A stretch of DNA of 50,109 nt from an uncultured Leptospirales bacterium (lineage in GTDB: Bacteria; Spirochaetota; UBA4802; UBA5550): assembly GCA_964654045.1 (NCBI GenBank), contig CAZZHU010000007.1:1-50109 (forward strand), read 5' to 3'. A program made the translations under genes and the position numbers. Shown here piece after piece: positions 17,043-26,058 of this stretch (position 1 is the first letter of the stretch; each line of letters starts with the position of its first letter). The notes under the pieces are model-generated. The model was not told the origin of the DNA, did no database searches, and was given only the letters and a program-made list of their open reading frames with translations.

Positions 17043-18590
17043 TCATCTTCTGCGGAGCAATGTATCAAGCATGTACCGCGCCTCCGGCGCGCGCAGGACC
17101 AGGCACGCGGCCAGGTATGCCGCGCCGCCGGCGATGACCAGGGCGGCAATGAACAGCAGTCTCACGGCAAAGGCGTCACCGACCCAGTCGACGAAGTTCG
17201 CGATGAACCATACCAGGGCGCCCATGAATACCGCGGCGGCGAGGTGTTTCACGGCCGACCGTATAATCTCCCCGCCGTCGATCGGCACAGCTTTTTTCTT
17301 CAGCAACGCCACCAGGACGGCCATCTGCGCCGTCGCGGCAATGGAAACGGAGAGGGTCAGCCCGGCATGCTCCAGGGGGGTCCTCATCAGGAAGTACCCG
17401 CAGGCGGCATTGAGCGCGAAGGAAAACAGGGCCGCGTACAGGGGGGTTCGCGGATCTCGGAGCGCGTAATAGACCGGGACGGTGATCCTGCTCACGGCGA
17501 TGCTGACGATGCCCGCGCTGGCGCACAAGAGGGCGCGGTAGGTCATTGTTGCCTCGTGTGCCGTGAACCTGTTGTGCATCAATATGACTGACACGATCGG
17601 GAACCCGACAACCATCAGCGCCACGGTCGCCGGCACCGCCAGGAAGAGCGCCGACCGCATTGAAATAGAATAGAGCTTACCCAGCTTTTCATAGTCCTTT
17701 CGCGCCGCAAGCTGCGACATCTCCGGAAAGACCACGCTGCCGATGGAGACGACGGTAATACCCAGTACCAGTTCGTGGAGCCTGTCTGAAAAATATATGA
17801 AGGAGACGCTGCCCGGCGCCAGGAACGACGCCATCAGGGTCGCGACGAGAATGTTGATCTGCTGGCTCCCCATGCCGGGTATTCCCAGGAGGCCGAGGCG
17901 GAATATTCTTTTCAGCTCCGGATGATTTAAGGCGGCGGAAAGGCGTATCCTGAAGCCGGCCCGCGCCAGGTATGGTAACTGAAGAACCACCTGGAGCAGG
18001 CCTCCCGCCAGGACGCCCGCGCACACGCCATAGAGCGGCTCGGCAAAAAGCCCGCTGAAGAAAAGGATCCCGGCCATGATGCCGACATTCAGGAGAACCG
18101 GCGCGAAAGCCGGGGCGAAGAAGAATTTATGGGAGTTGAGGAATCCCGTGGAAAAGGCCAGAAACCCGGCCGCGAGGAGGAAGGGAAACATGATCCTGAA
18201 CATCACAACGGTCAAATCCACCCGGGAGGCATCATCGAAGCCCATGGCGAGAACGCGTACCACGCCGGGAGCGAAAACCATTCCCAGCGCCACCAGGACC
18301 GCGAGGGCGGCCATCAGCGCGGTGAGAGTCTTCCGCGCAAGGTCGAAGGCCTCGGCGGTTCCCCTGTCGACGAGGTATTCCGTGTATACGGGTATGAATG
18401 ATACCGTGAAGACGCCCTCCCCCACCAGCCGGCGAGCCAGGTTGGGAATGCGAAAGGCGATGTAGTAGGCGTCGGTGGCGCCCGTCGCGCTGAAGAAGGC
18501 CGCCATGAGCATGTCCCGGACAAGGCCCAGGATCCTGCTTGCCAGAGTTGATACTGCCACCACGCCTGTTGATCGTACAAGGCCGCTCAT
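17043..18590 (-). CDS. murJ: lipid II flippase MurJ (MviN)
   Basis: N-terminus TLASRILGLVRDMLMAAFFSATGATDAYYIAFRIPNLARRLVGEGVFTVSFIPVY is the classic MurJ signature. Polytopic, 515 aa. Confidence 0.9.
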   Translation of the reverse strand: MSGLVRSTGVVAVSTLASRILGLVRDMLMAAFFSATGATDAYYIAFRIPNLARRLVGEGVFTVSFIPVYTEYLVDRGTAEAFDLARKTLTALMAALAVLVALGMVFAPGVVRVLAMGFDDASRVDLTVVMFRIMFPFLLAAGFLAFSTGFLNSHKFFFAPAFAPVLLNVGIMAGILFFSGLFAEPLYGVCAGVLAGGLLQVVLQLPYLARAGFRIRLSAALNHPELKRIFRLGLLGIPGMGSQQINILVATLMASFLAPGSVSFIYFSDRLHELVLGITVVSIGSVVFPEMSQLAARKDYEKLGKLYSISMRSALFLAVPATVALMVVGFPIVSVILMHNRFTAHEATMTYRALLCASAGIVSIAVSRITVPVYYALRDPRTPLYAALFSFALNAACGYFLMRTPLEHAGLTLSVSIAATAQMAVLVALLKKKAVPIDGGEIIRSAVKHLAAAVFMGALVWFIANFVDWVGDAFAVRLLFIAALVIAGGAAYLAACLVLRAPEARYMLDTLLRRR

Positions 18591-18636
18591 CGGACAAGGT
18601 TAGTGCGGCATGGCTGGTTTATACAAGCATTTTACG

Positions 18637-18836
18637 CCCTCACCCGCACTCCGTCACCCCCTCTCCGCTATTTTTCCTCACTCCCCTGCCCCCTCTCCGC
18701 AAAGCGGAGAGGGGGAAAAAGAAATAAATATTTATAACTGAAGCCCTCTCCTTACCAAGGAGAGGGCGCGCGGAGCGCGGGTGAGGTCTTACCAAGGAAA
18801 GGGCGCGCGGAGCACCGGGTAGGACAGGTGAGCACA
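18637..18836 (+). repeat. family B composite palindromic (MITE-like) element, copy 1, with partial internal duplications
   Basis: Terminal inverted repeats cctcacccgc (18638-18647) / gcgggtgagg (18777-18786). Hairpin 1 is ccccctctccgc-aaa-gcggagaggggg (18689-18715); hairpin 2 is ccctctcctt-acc-aaggagaggg (18744-18766). Collinear with 46141-46253. Confidence 0.7.
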
Positions 18837-18938
18837 ATCACACAAATATCTTGACATTTACCGTGATAATTTGAAACAATGTGCAAGTCCCTTTTTCCCA
18901 GTATACTATATATTCCGGTGAGAAATCCCTCAAATACA

Positions 18939-20504
18939 ATGAAAAAAATAATAACACCAATCGCGCTTGCCCTGGCGCTGGCAGTATCACAACAGCTATT
19001 GGCCGCCGGCTATTACGACCAGGGACGGCGCCTGTACATCCGGAAGCAATACGAAAGGGCCAAGGATATGTTCCAGAAGGCCGCTGAATCGGGTGAATCA
19101 GGCAACGCCTATTATTTCCTCGGGGAGATCGAGAAAATCCAGGGGAACTACCGCGAAGCGGAGAACTACTACAAGACCGCGATAACAAAAAAAGGGATTT
19201 CCCGACAGTACCTGCTCAATTCCTACTGGAACGCCCTCCTCATGGCGGAACAGCGGAACGATTACGAAAGCGTGGTATCCACCTGCCGCTCGATGTGGCT
19301 CAAGACCGGGGACGCGTCGGCGCGCCAGAAGATCGAGTCGCTCATCAACAAGTTTCTCTGGTCCGACAACAACGAGGCCATTGATAAATACAACGAAGGC
19401 ATCACGCTCAAGAGGGCCGGGAAAACGGAGGATGCCATGAAGAGCTTTAACGACGCCCTGGGCATCGACGGCGCCTTCCTGGCCCCGAAATTCGAACTCG
19501 GCATGGCGGCTTACAAGAGCGGCGACCTCGACCGTGCCGCCGGCTACCTGGGGGACATCGCGGCAAAGATCCCCTTCTATACCGAGGTACAGCACGTGCT
19601 GGCGGACATACAGTTTAACAGGCACAACTACCGGGGCGCCATCAATTACTACGACAGGGTCATCGAGTTCGGCTTCCTGGGCGGCGCAACGGAGAACGAC
19701 ATACGCATCAGGCGCGGCACCTGCTACTACAACCTTGACGATTATCCGAACGCGGAAAAAGACATAGACAGGGCGATACGGAACAACGACAGATCGATTG
19801 ACGCGATGCTCCTCCTCTCGGCGATAAAGATCAAGATGGGAAAATACGGCGAGGCCATGAAAACCCTGCAGCATGCGAAAGCGGTCAGCCCCGACAATCC
19901 TGAAATACAATACCAGATCGGCAGCATCCACTACAAGGAAAACAACCCGCGCTACGTCGCCTCCTACGACCGGCTCTTCTCGCTGACAGCGGAAAAAAAG
20001 GACACCCCGTCCAGGTACAGGAAAGTCTTCCTCATACTGGCAAAAAACCACCATGAGAACAGGAACCACGCCCGGACGATCACGATTCTAAAGACCTTCG
20101 ACGAGAAATCCCAGACTTTCGAGACCCGCCTCCTGGCGGCAAAGGCATATTACGCTCTTAAAGAGTTCGACAAGGCCATCGATCACTTTGAAAAACTGTC
20201 GCTCGGAAATGACGACAAGTTCACCCTCTGCAAGGCATACGCGCAGAGCGGCAGGAGGGAAAAAGCGAAGAGCCTCCTCTCGGAGTTGTCAATGGGCGGC
20301 GACTATCTTGCCCGAGCCAGGCGGGACCCCCTGCTGTCGGGAATCGCCCGTGACCTGGAAGGCGGAAGCACGGTGAATAAACCGGAGCCGGAAAAAAAAG
20401 AGCCCGAGAAGAAGAAAGAACCGGAACCGCAGAAGAAAAAGAGCGCGGAAAAAGACGATTCCGATGACGAGGAAGATGATGACGATGAGGATAACCAGGA
20501 CTGA
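18939..20504 (+). CDS. secreted TPR-repeat protein with Lys/Glu/Pro-rich and poly-acidic C-terminal tail
   Basis: Start at MKKIITPIALALALAVSQQLLAAG (signal peptide; ATG 18939). Multiple TPR-like A/Y/G patterns. Tail is KPEPEKKEPEKKKEPEPQKKKSAEKDDSDDEEDDDDEDNQD. Confidence 0.8.
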   Translation: MKKIITPIALALALAVSQQLLAAGYYDQGRRLYIRKQYERAKDMFQKAAESGESGNAYYFLGEIEKIQGNYREAENYYKTAITKKGISRQYLLNSYWNALLMAEQRNDYESVVSTCRSMWLKTGDASARQKIESLINKFLWSDNNEAIDKYNEGITLKRAGKTEDAMKSFNDALGIDGAFLAPKFELGMAAYKSGDLDRAAGYLGDIAAKIPFYTEVQHVLADIQFNRHNYRGAINYYDRVIEFGFLGGATENDIRIRRGTCYYNLDDYPNAEKDIDRAIRNNDRSIDAMLLLSAIKIKMGKYGEAMKTLQHAKAVSPDNPEIQYQIGSIHYKENNPRYVASYDRLFSLTAEKKDTPSRYRKVFLILAKNHHENRNHARTITILKTFDEKSQTFETRLLAAKAYYALKEFDKAIDHFEKLSLGNDDKFTLCKAYAQSGRREKAKSLLSELSMGGDYLARARRDPLLSGIARDLEGGSTVNKPEPEKKEPEKKKEPEPQKKKSAEKDDSDDEEDDDDEDNQD

Positions 20505-21381
20505 CGCTGTCCCCATCGTGCTCCTCGCGACAGCGGCAGTGTCTGTCTGCGCTGTTAATCTCCTGATGAACGCCGCACCCGCGCACATGGTCTTCACCCT
20601 TATCGGCATCGGGGCGTATGCAGCCCTGGTCCGGCTCGGCGATTACGATCCGCACCTGGTATGCGACACCGTCCAGAGCGGCGAAGCCGCGGTGGGGACC
20701 TTCATCCTGTACGTCGCGGCGTTGTTCATTACCGCGAACCCGTACCTGCTCATGGCCCTCACCTTCACGGCCCTCGTCCTGTACCAGATCTTCATGAAGG
20801 GGGTCCTTGCCCCGGTCAAGAAGGAGATTGCCCTCAGCGGAGCTGCGGCGCAGGGCATCCTCGCCGTCATAGCCCTGTTTATTGTCGCCGGCGGGGCGCC
20901 TCTCCGGATACCCCTGGCGGGGACGGTCTTCACCGGGTATTTCTCAGCCATCGAGGTCCCGGCCGCCATACCGGCGTCTTCGCTTGCGATCGCGGTGATC
21001 ATCCCCGTTATATTGAAGGCATTGAACCCGGAAATGCGGCTCCTGTCACAGGGACCGCCCTTCTCCCGGGGCACGCGCCGGTCCCGCGCCGGCGCCGCCG
21101 TTGGACTCATCGCGGCCCGCAGCCTTCTGGCGGCGGTTTCGCTCCTTTTTGCCGGATGGACCTGCGGCATCGGGATCAGCATGCGGCGCCTCCACCGGGG
21201 CGCGCTGCCGGACCCGGTCATGGTCCTTTCCCTGGTCTGTCTCGGGCAGATCGCGGTCCTGGTAGAAATTCTCTCCGGGCCCCTCCAGGCCGCAGCCGCT
21301 TCATGGGTCATATCATACGCGATTTTTTTCCTGTACTACAGCAGGAGGGTTCATTTATATGATCGATATCAGCAATCTTAG
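20464..21381 (+). CDS. polytopic membrane protein, diverged FecCD/BtuC-like ABC permease
   Basis: MRLLSQGPPFSRGTR...LFAGWTCGIGISMRRLHRGALPD parallels BtuC MNMLALGEISARQLG...[24 protein letters not shown] (by eye). Start is probably an internal Met (20476-20485). Overlaps neighbours at both ends, indicating an operon. Confidence 0.5.
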   Translation: MTRKMMTMRITRTDAVPIVLLATAAVSVCAVNLLMNAAPAHMVFTLIGIGAYAALVRLGDYDPHLVCDTVQSGEAAVGTFILYVAALFITANPYLLMALTFTALVLYQIFMKGVLAPVKKEIALSGAAAQGILAVIALFIVAGGAPLRIPLAGTVFTGYFSAIEVPAAIPASSLAIAVIIPVILKALNPEMRLLSQGPPFSRGTRRSRAGAAVGLIAARSLLAAVSLLFAGWTCGIGISMRRLHRGALPDPVMVLSLVCLGQIAVLVEILSGPLQAAAASWVISYAIFFLYYSRRVHLYDRYQQS

Positions 21382-22129
21382 TTTATCGATAAACGGCTCC
21401 GGGATCCTTACAGAGATCAGCCTCTCGATGAATGACGGCGAGATAGTCGGATTGATAGGGAGGTCCGGATCCGGCAAGACGGTCTTTCTCAAGAGCATTG
21501 CCGGCCTGATACGATCCTACGAGGGGACGGTCGCGATAAACAGCACCGCCGCGCCGGGGAAAAAGCCGGGAACGGGGAACATGGTTTCCTATTACGGCGC
21601 CGCGGTGCCGCAGAACCCGGAGGAGAGCCTTTACAATTTCCTGCTGCTGGCCCGCGTGCCCTTCAAGAAGCCCTTCAGGCCCTTTTCAGATTACGACCGC
21701 CAGGTGACCGACGAGTACCTGACGTCGCTCGGCCTCGACCCGTACAGCGGCGTGCGGATCAGTGCCCTCCCCGACGGCATATTCAGGATGGCGATGCTCG
21801 CCCATGCCCTGATCGGGGAATCCCACGTTGTGATTTTCGACAACCCGACCAATGACCTGGACATCATGTCAATCCGGCTTCTCCAGAAAGCCCTGTCGCG
21901 GTATGTCATGGGCGGCCACCGCATCGCCGTTATCAGCTCGAACGACCTCAACTTCATTTCCCAGACGGTGGACCGCATCTTCGTCATGGAGGGCGGCCGC
22001 ATCACTGAATCCGGCACGGTCGACATCCTTGATCCGGACACCATCAAGCGCCATTTCGGCATTGACGTGCTGATTTCGAGAAACATATACAACGGGAGGC
22101 CGGAAATACACCTCTTCCCCGACACATAG
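21359..22129 (+). CDS. ABC-transporter ATPase homolog (FhuC/FepC-like) with degenerate catalytic motifs
   Basis: Walker A GRSGSGKT is intact. The signature is LPDGI instead of LSGGE/Q. Walker B is VVIFDNPT (catalytic Glu replaced by Asn). The H-loop is SSNDLN instead of xxHDLN. Confidence 0.8.
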   Translation: MIDISNLSLSINGSGILTEISLSMNDGEIVGLIGRSGSGKTVFLKSIAGLIRSYEGTVAINSTAAPGKKPGTGNMVSYYGAAVPQNPEESLYNFLLLARVPFKKPFRPFSDYDRQVTDEYLTSLGLDPYSGVRISALPDGIFRMAMLAHALIGESHVVIFDNPTNDLDIMSIRLLQKALSRYVMGGHRIAVISSNDLNFISQTVDRIFVMEGGRITESGTVDILDPDTIKRHFGIDVLISRNIYNGRPEIHLFPDT

Positions 22130-22189
22130 GCCGCGGCCAATCATGACAGTATTGTCATGGACGGCGCTGATAGTGAAGCCGCCGGCTCC

Positions 22190-22756
22190 CTAAAACTCGT
22201 TTCCGATCTTGTAGGCCTTGCCGATCGCTGCGCCGATTCCATAATAGGCCAGGCTGGAAAAATCAAACACAAACGGTTTTACTTTACGTATGTCGGGCTT
22301 GCCGCCTTCGCCGATAACATCCTCTTCGACCTTAACGTCCATAATCTCGCCTATGAACTGCGTGTGCAATCCAAGTTCATACTGATGAAGCAGCTTGCAC
22401 TCCAGCACAACCGGGAACTCTTTAACATAGGGAGCGTCAACGATATCGCTTTTCACGGGGGTGAGCTTCACCGCCGAAAGCTTGTCCTCATCCTTTCCTG
22501 ATTTTATACCGAAACGATCCGCATGTTTAACATATTGTTCCGATGGTATGCTGATGGTAAAGGCCCTGCGCTCCGCTATATTGCCAAAGGTATAAGTCGC
22601 TTTCCGCAACGATACCGCGACACAGGGAGGGCTCGAACAAACAATGCCGCCCCATGCCGCGGTCATCACATTCGCCCGACCGTCTTTGTCGTATGACCCC
22701 ACGATCAAAACCGGATTGGGATAAATCAGAGTTTGCGCTCCCATTGATTTTTTCAT
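22190..22756 (-). CDS. flavin reductase-like (FMN-binding split-barrel) protein
   Basis: YPNPVLIVGSYDKDGRANVMTAAWGG...PPCVAVSLR is typical of the Flavin_Reduct family. Start at MKKSMG (22754-22756). Confidence 0.8.
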   Translation of the reverse strand: MKKSMGAQTLIYPNPVLIVGSYDKDGRANVMTAAWGGIVCSSPPCVAVSLRKATYTFGNIAERRAFTISIPSEQYVKHADRFGIKSGKDEDKLSAVKLTPVKSDIVDAPYVKEFPVVLECKLLHQYELGLHTQFIGEIMDVKVEEDVIGEGGKPDIRKVKPFVFDFSSLAYYGIGAAIGKAYKIGNEF

Positions 22757-22889
22757 GAATGGTACCTCCTGCGGGGCTTTGCAAGGGGCTTCGCCCCTAA
22801 AACCCCGTGAATAATTAAGTTCTGCACTATGTCCGGTATACGGCATCCGGACACAAACAATAGAATGCCGCTTACCATTGCTGGTTCTC

Positions 22890-24047
22890 TCACCCCATGA
22901 TCCACTGCAGGGAGCCGCGCTTCAGCGATATGGCGGCCTGGGGGCAGATTTCCTTGCAGCAGTAGCAGCGTATGCACTTACGGTAGTCGTATTCCGGCAC
23001 TTTCTTTTTTCCGGCGGAATCGCCGATTGCTCCGGCGGGGCATATCCTTTTGCACTGATAACAGAGGGTGCAATCGCCCTCGACCGGGACCGGTTTTTCC
23101 GTGAAGAGGTTCTTGAAGGCCACGGTATTTGCCGGCCATCGAGCGCCGAAGCTGGTCAGATACCCATGGCTGGTTGGAATAAAGCCGTCGATCCTCATCT
23201 CGTCGATGCGGTCGCCGATGACCTCGATCTCATCGGGGGAAGACACGCCCAGGTCCCGCCTGAATCCGCCGGTTATGGTGCGCACCTTGTCAATATCAAG
23301 ACCGGCCACACTGACCGCGACAAAATCAACGGCGACGGGGCTTTCTCCGATTATGACGGCCCCGATCTTTCTGGGGCTCCCCGAAGGGCCCGGCCCGTCC
23401 TTCTCCTGGGTTACGATGGCGTCCATGACATGGAGGATCCGTTTCTGTTTCTCAAATCCATGGAGCAACGCTTCATTCAGGTCCAACAAGAACTCCGAGA
23501 AGTCGGCCGGCGTAGACGCCTTCATGTGCCATTTCGACTTGTCAAGGCCGGGGATCGTCCCGAAAAGGTTCTTCACCGCGCCCGTAACATAGGTAATGCC
23601 GTGGGTCTTGAATTTCGGCAGGTTGATGATGATGTCGACGTCAAACAGGGCCTTCGATATCTCAAAGCGCTTGTATCTTGAACATCCCTCATGGAAGAGA
23701 ACCTTCGCCCCGGTGACATCGGCAACCTCTATGCCCTGGCCTGTTACCATGTCCATGTAACCGGATTTTTTCAGGGTCCCTTCGAGTCCGGTCATGGCCG
23801 GAGACTCAATGATGACAGGGTACCCGCCATGATCCCTGACAATTTCAGCCACGGCCCCGACAAGGACCGGGTGCGTGACAATGGCCCGTTCAGGCTTGGC
23901 CGGCATCAGGAGGTTCGGCTTCAGGGCGACGCGCCTGTCCCTAAATCCCTTCAGGTCAAATCCGATCCCGGTCAGTCCTTCCTGTATTATTTCCTTCAGG
24001 CTGCCGTGATCGTATTCCGGGCAGCGCGATAAAAATACTTTATTCAT
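22890..24047 (-). CDS. DUF362 domain protein with C-terminal 2x[4Fe-4S] ferredoxin domain
   Basis: VALKPNLLMPAKPERAIVTHP is the DUF362 N-terminal pattern. Cluster motifs are CTLCYQCKRICP and CIRCYCCKEICP. Confidence 0.8.
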   Translation of the reverse strand: MNKVFLSRCPEYDHGSLKEIIQEGLTGIGFDLKGFRDRRVALKPNLLMPAKPERAIVTHPVLVGAVAEIVRDHGGYPVIIESPAMTGLEGTLKKSGYMDMVTGQGIEVADVTGAKVLFHEGCSRYKRFEISKALFDVDIIINLPKFKTHGITYVTGAVKNLFGTIPGLDKSKWHMKASTPADFSEFLLDLNEALLHGFEKQKRILHVMDAIVTQEKDGPGPSGSPRKIGAVIIGESPVAVDFVAVSVAGLDIDKVRTITGGFRRDLGVSSPDEIEVIGDRIDEMRIDGFIPTSHGYLTSFGARWPANTVAFKNLFTEKPVPVEGDCTLCYQCKRICPAGAIGDSAGKKKVPEYDYRKCIRCYCCKEICPQAAISLKRGSLQWIMG

Positions 24048-24113
24048 GCATCATTCTCCTGTATACCCCGGCAGGCACGGCCGGCGCGCCTTCACCGCTC
24101 CGCATGGCGGGTC

Positions 24114-24983
24114 CTATATTCCTTTCCAGGATACGATGTATTCGCGTTCCCCTGCCGGGAGAACAATCTCCGGCATTTCAACCGACCATCTCCCCTTCAG
24201 TTTCAATTCGGCCGCCGCAGCCTCAAAGTGGTACATGGCTATCCCCATGTCAACGCGCTGGAGGTCCTCCATGCCTATGATCTTCCAGTTCCGATAATAG
24301 TTTTTAGACCTCTCCAGAATGAAATGGTAGGTGTTGCCGCCCTTTTCCCGGAGGATACGCCAGGGCTGCTTGTTGGAAGCCGACGGCGCGCGGCGCACCA
24401 TCTCAATGGGAACACGGTACGCTCCGGCTGAATCCCCGGTCATCGCGGTATTGAAGTCACCGTCGAAAAAAAGCTCGTTCCACGGCTTCCTGTGCTTCGA
24501 GCCCGCGCCGAAACGCATGATTGAATCCAGGAGACCCGGTTTATCCGCGGAATAGCCGGTGGCAATTACCGCCGGTATAGCCTCGTCCTTCCCGGGGGTA
24601 ATGCTCCGCGCGAAGCCGCTCTTGCTGAAAGTCCCGCCGAGCCAGCAGGTGCCGAGACCGAGCGCGGTGGCGTAGAGCACGGCTCGTTCCAGGAGATACC
24701 CATAATCCTCCAGGTAATGATCCGATTTCCCGATCGCGCCGGCGATGAACGCCGCCGGGTTCTTGATAACACCGTATGTACCGAGGTCTCTGAGGGACGA
24801 TACATCTTCAGCGGAGACCGCAATAAGTTTGTACCGCGCAGCGCCTCCAAAGGGACCGGATACTTTCCGTGCGAGATATTCATCAAGCATGTCACGGTGT
24901 CCATTGCTGATCGGTTCTTTACGGTAAGTTCTGTTGGCGTAACGCTTACCGATGATCTCTGTTATGCTCCCCGTTCTATCCAT
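24114..24983 (-). CDS. nitroreductase-family protein (TM1586-like)
   Basis: RRAPSASNKQPWR motif and GTCWLGG. Start at MDRTGS (24981-24983). Confidence 0.8.
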   Translation of the reverse strand: MDRTGSITEIIGKRYANRTYRKEPISNGHRDMLDEYLARKVSGPFGGAARYKLIAVSAEDVSSLRDLGTYGVIKNPAAFIAGAIGKSDHYLEDYGYLLERAVLYATALGLGTCWLGGTFSKSGFARSITPGKDEAIPAVIATGYSADKPGLLDSIMRFGAGSKHRKPWNELFFDGDFNTAMTGDSAGAYRVPIEMVRRAPSASNKQPWRILREKGGNTYHFILERSKNYYRNWKIIGMEDLQRVDMGIAMYHFEAAAAELKLKGRWSVEMPEIVLPAGEREYIVSWKGI

Positions 24984-25146
24984 TCTGAATTCCTCCGGTG
25001 GCGAACGCATTGACCGGTTGCGCGGAAGACTGATATATTTCCTCTGTAATCTCCAATATTTCCATCAGGGCAAGGCTTACCCTCTCGATCGGATAATCCC
25101 CGGGCTGTTTTAGGATTTCAATGATTCTTCTTGTCTGATCATTCAT
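24976..25146 (-). CDS. small hypothetical protein (56 aa from MNDQTRR)
   Basis: ATG at 25144-25146 preceded by aggaga. Overlaps the nitroreductase start by 8 nt (coupling). No recognisable family. Confidence 0.3.
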   Translation of the reverse strand: MNDQTRRIIEILKQPGDYPIERVSLALMEILEITEEIYQSSAQPVNAFATGGIQNG

Positions 25147-25276
25147 GTTGATGCTTCTCCTGTCTAATTTAGCTCTTTTAGAGATATATCTATATAACAC
25201 CATTTGCGCCGGCAAATGTCACGATCATATTTAATTTAACACTTTAACAACTATCGAATTATATGGTGAAATTTTT

Positions 25277-25591
25277 TTACTTTTTATGCTTCTGCTTCGC
25301 ATGTACCGAAAGAATCGCATTCACCTCATCGATGGTTCTTTCATTGATACGCGCCACGAGGAACTTTCCCTTCCGCTCCGTGGTGATCAGGTCCGCGTTG
25401 GCAAGCTCTTTCAAATGATGGGAAATCGTCGGCGCCCCTATATTGAATGAGCACATGACATCGCTGACAAGACACTCCCTCTCTTCGGCTTCAAAGCTGG
25501 CCTCGCATTTCTTCAATATCTCCAGGTACAATTCAAGTCTATTCGGATTCGACAACGCTTTCATGACCCGGGCAATCTGTTTGGTATCCAT
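25277..25591 (-). CDS. ArsR/SmtB-family transcriptional regulator
   Basis: ALSNPNRLELYLEIL and ISHHLKELANADLITTERKGKFLV form a winged helix-turn-helix. It also has Cys residues at CEASFEAEERECLVSDVMC. Confidence 0.85.
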   Translation of the reverse strand: MDTKQIARVMKALSNPNRLELYLEILKKCEASFEAEERECLVSDVMCSFNIGAPTISHHLKELANADLITTERKGKFLVARINERTIDEVNAILSVHAKQKHKK

Positions 25592-25705
25592 TTAATCGAT
25601 CCGATAAATTTTATATTTCGATAATTATCAAATTATCAATATTATTCAAAAATGTCAATAGGTTTCACTACTTTTTTTACAAAAAGCAGAAATTTTTCAG
25701 CCCTG

Positions 25706-26047
25706 TCAGGTAAAAAATTTCAACTTCATCTTCGCCTCGTCGACGCTATGGGCAAAAATCAGGTAGTTGTAGACACCCAGGGTCTCGGCCATCTTCAGCA
25801 ATTCCTTTTCCGGCCAGAGGATGATGACCCGCTTGTCATGCTCCTTGGCGAAAAAAGAAACGTCCACCAGCGCGTTCATCCCCGCGGATGTGACCAGCGT
25901 CACGTTTTCAAAATTTATGATCAGGCTTTCGCGGTCGGTCACCTGCCGCACGATCGATTTAAAATTCTCGTTCGTGTCGGCGGTGAGACTGCCGCTCATG
26001 ACGAGGACCTTGACGCCTTCCAGTTCGTTGATTGAATAGTTCAGCAT
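25706..26047 (-). CDS. STAS-domain protein (anti-sigma-factor antagonist, SpoIIAA/RsbV-like)
   Basis: Size of 113 aa. VTLVTSAGMNALVD corresponds to the DSSGL phospho-serine loop. Confidence 0.7.
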   Translation of the reverse strand: MLNYSINELEGVKVLVMSGSLTADTNENFKSIVRQVTDRESLIINFENVTLVTSAGMNALVDVSFFAKEHDKRVIILWPEKELLKMAETLGVYNYLIFAHSVDEAKMKLKFFT

Positions 26048-26058
26048 GGCAGACCGGC

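Noticed and set aside
16370-17149. 259-aa minus-strand ORF overlapping the HAD hydrolase gene
   Set aside because: It is antisense shadow. The plus frame has the DxDGT HAD motifs. The minus product is Ala/Arg/Gly/Asp-rich without motifs and would overlap the murJ 3' end.
18539-19188. Track ORFs 18539-18727, 18640-18837, 18838-19188, 18881-19087 and 18967-19185
   Set aside because: They are encoded by the family B repeat, or are antisense or out of frame to the TPR gene start. Their products are Pro/Arg/Gly-rich with no start context.
19098-20069. 323-aa antisense ORF inside the TPR gene. The same class includes 6363-7157, 20643-21362, 22878-23681, 26194-27069, 30032-31537, 35387-35965, 37199-38048, 38437-39323, 39655-40434, 40512-41567, 43360-43947, 44061-44525, 47761-48480 and 48873-49658.
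   Set aside because: All lie opposite or out of frame to genes with unambiguous family signatures (FGGY kinase, permease, DUF362, aroB, rpsA, scpA, cheB, cheA, anti-sigma, sigma, infC, thrS). All have Arg/Gly/Pro/Val-biased composition characteristic of GC-rich shadow frames.
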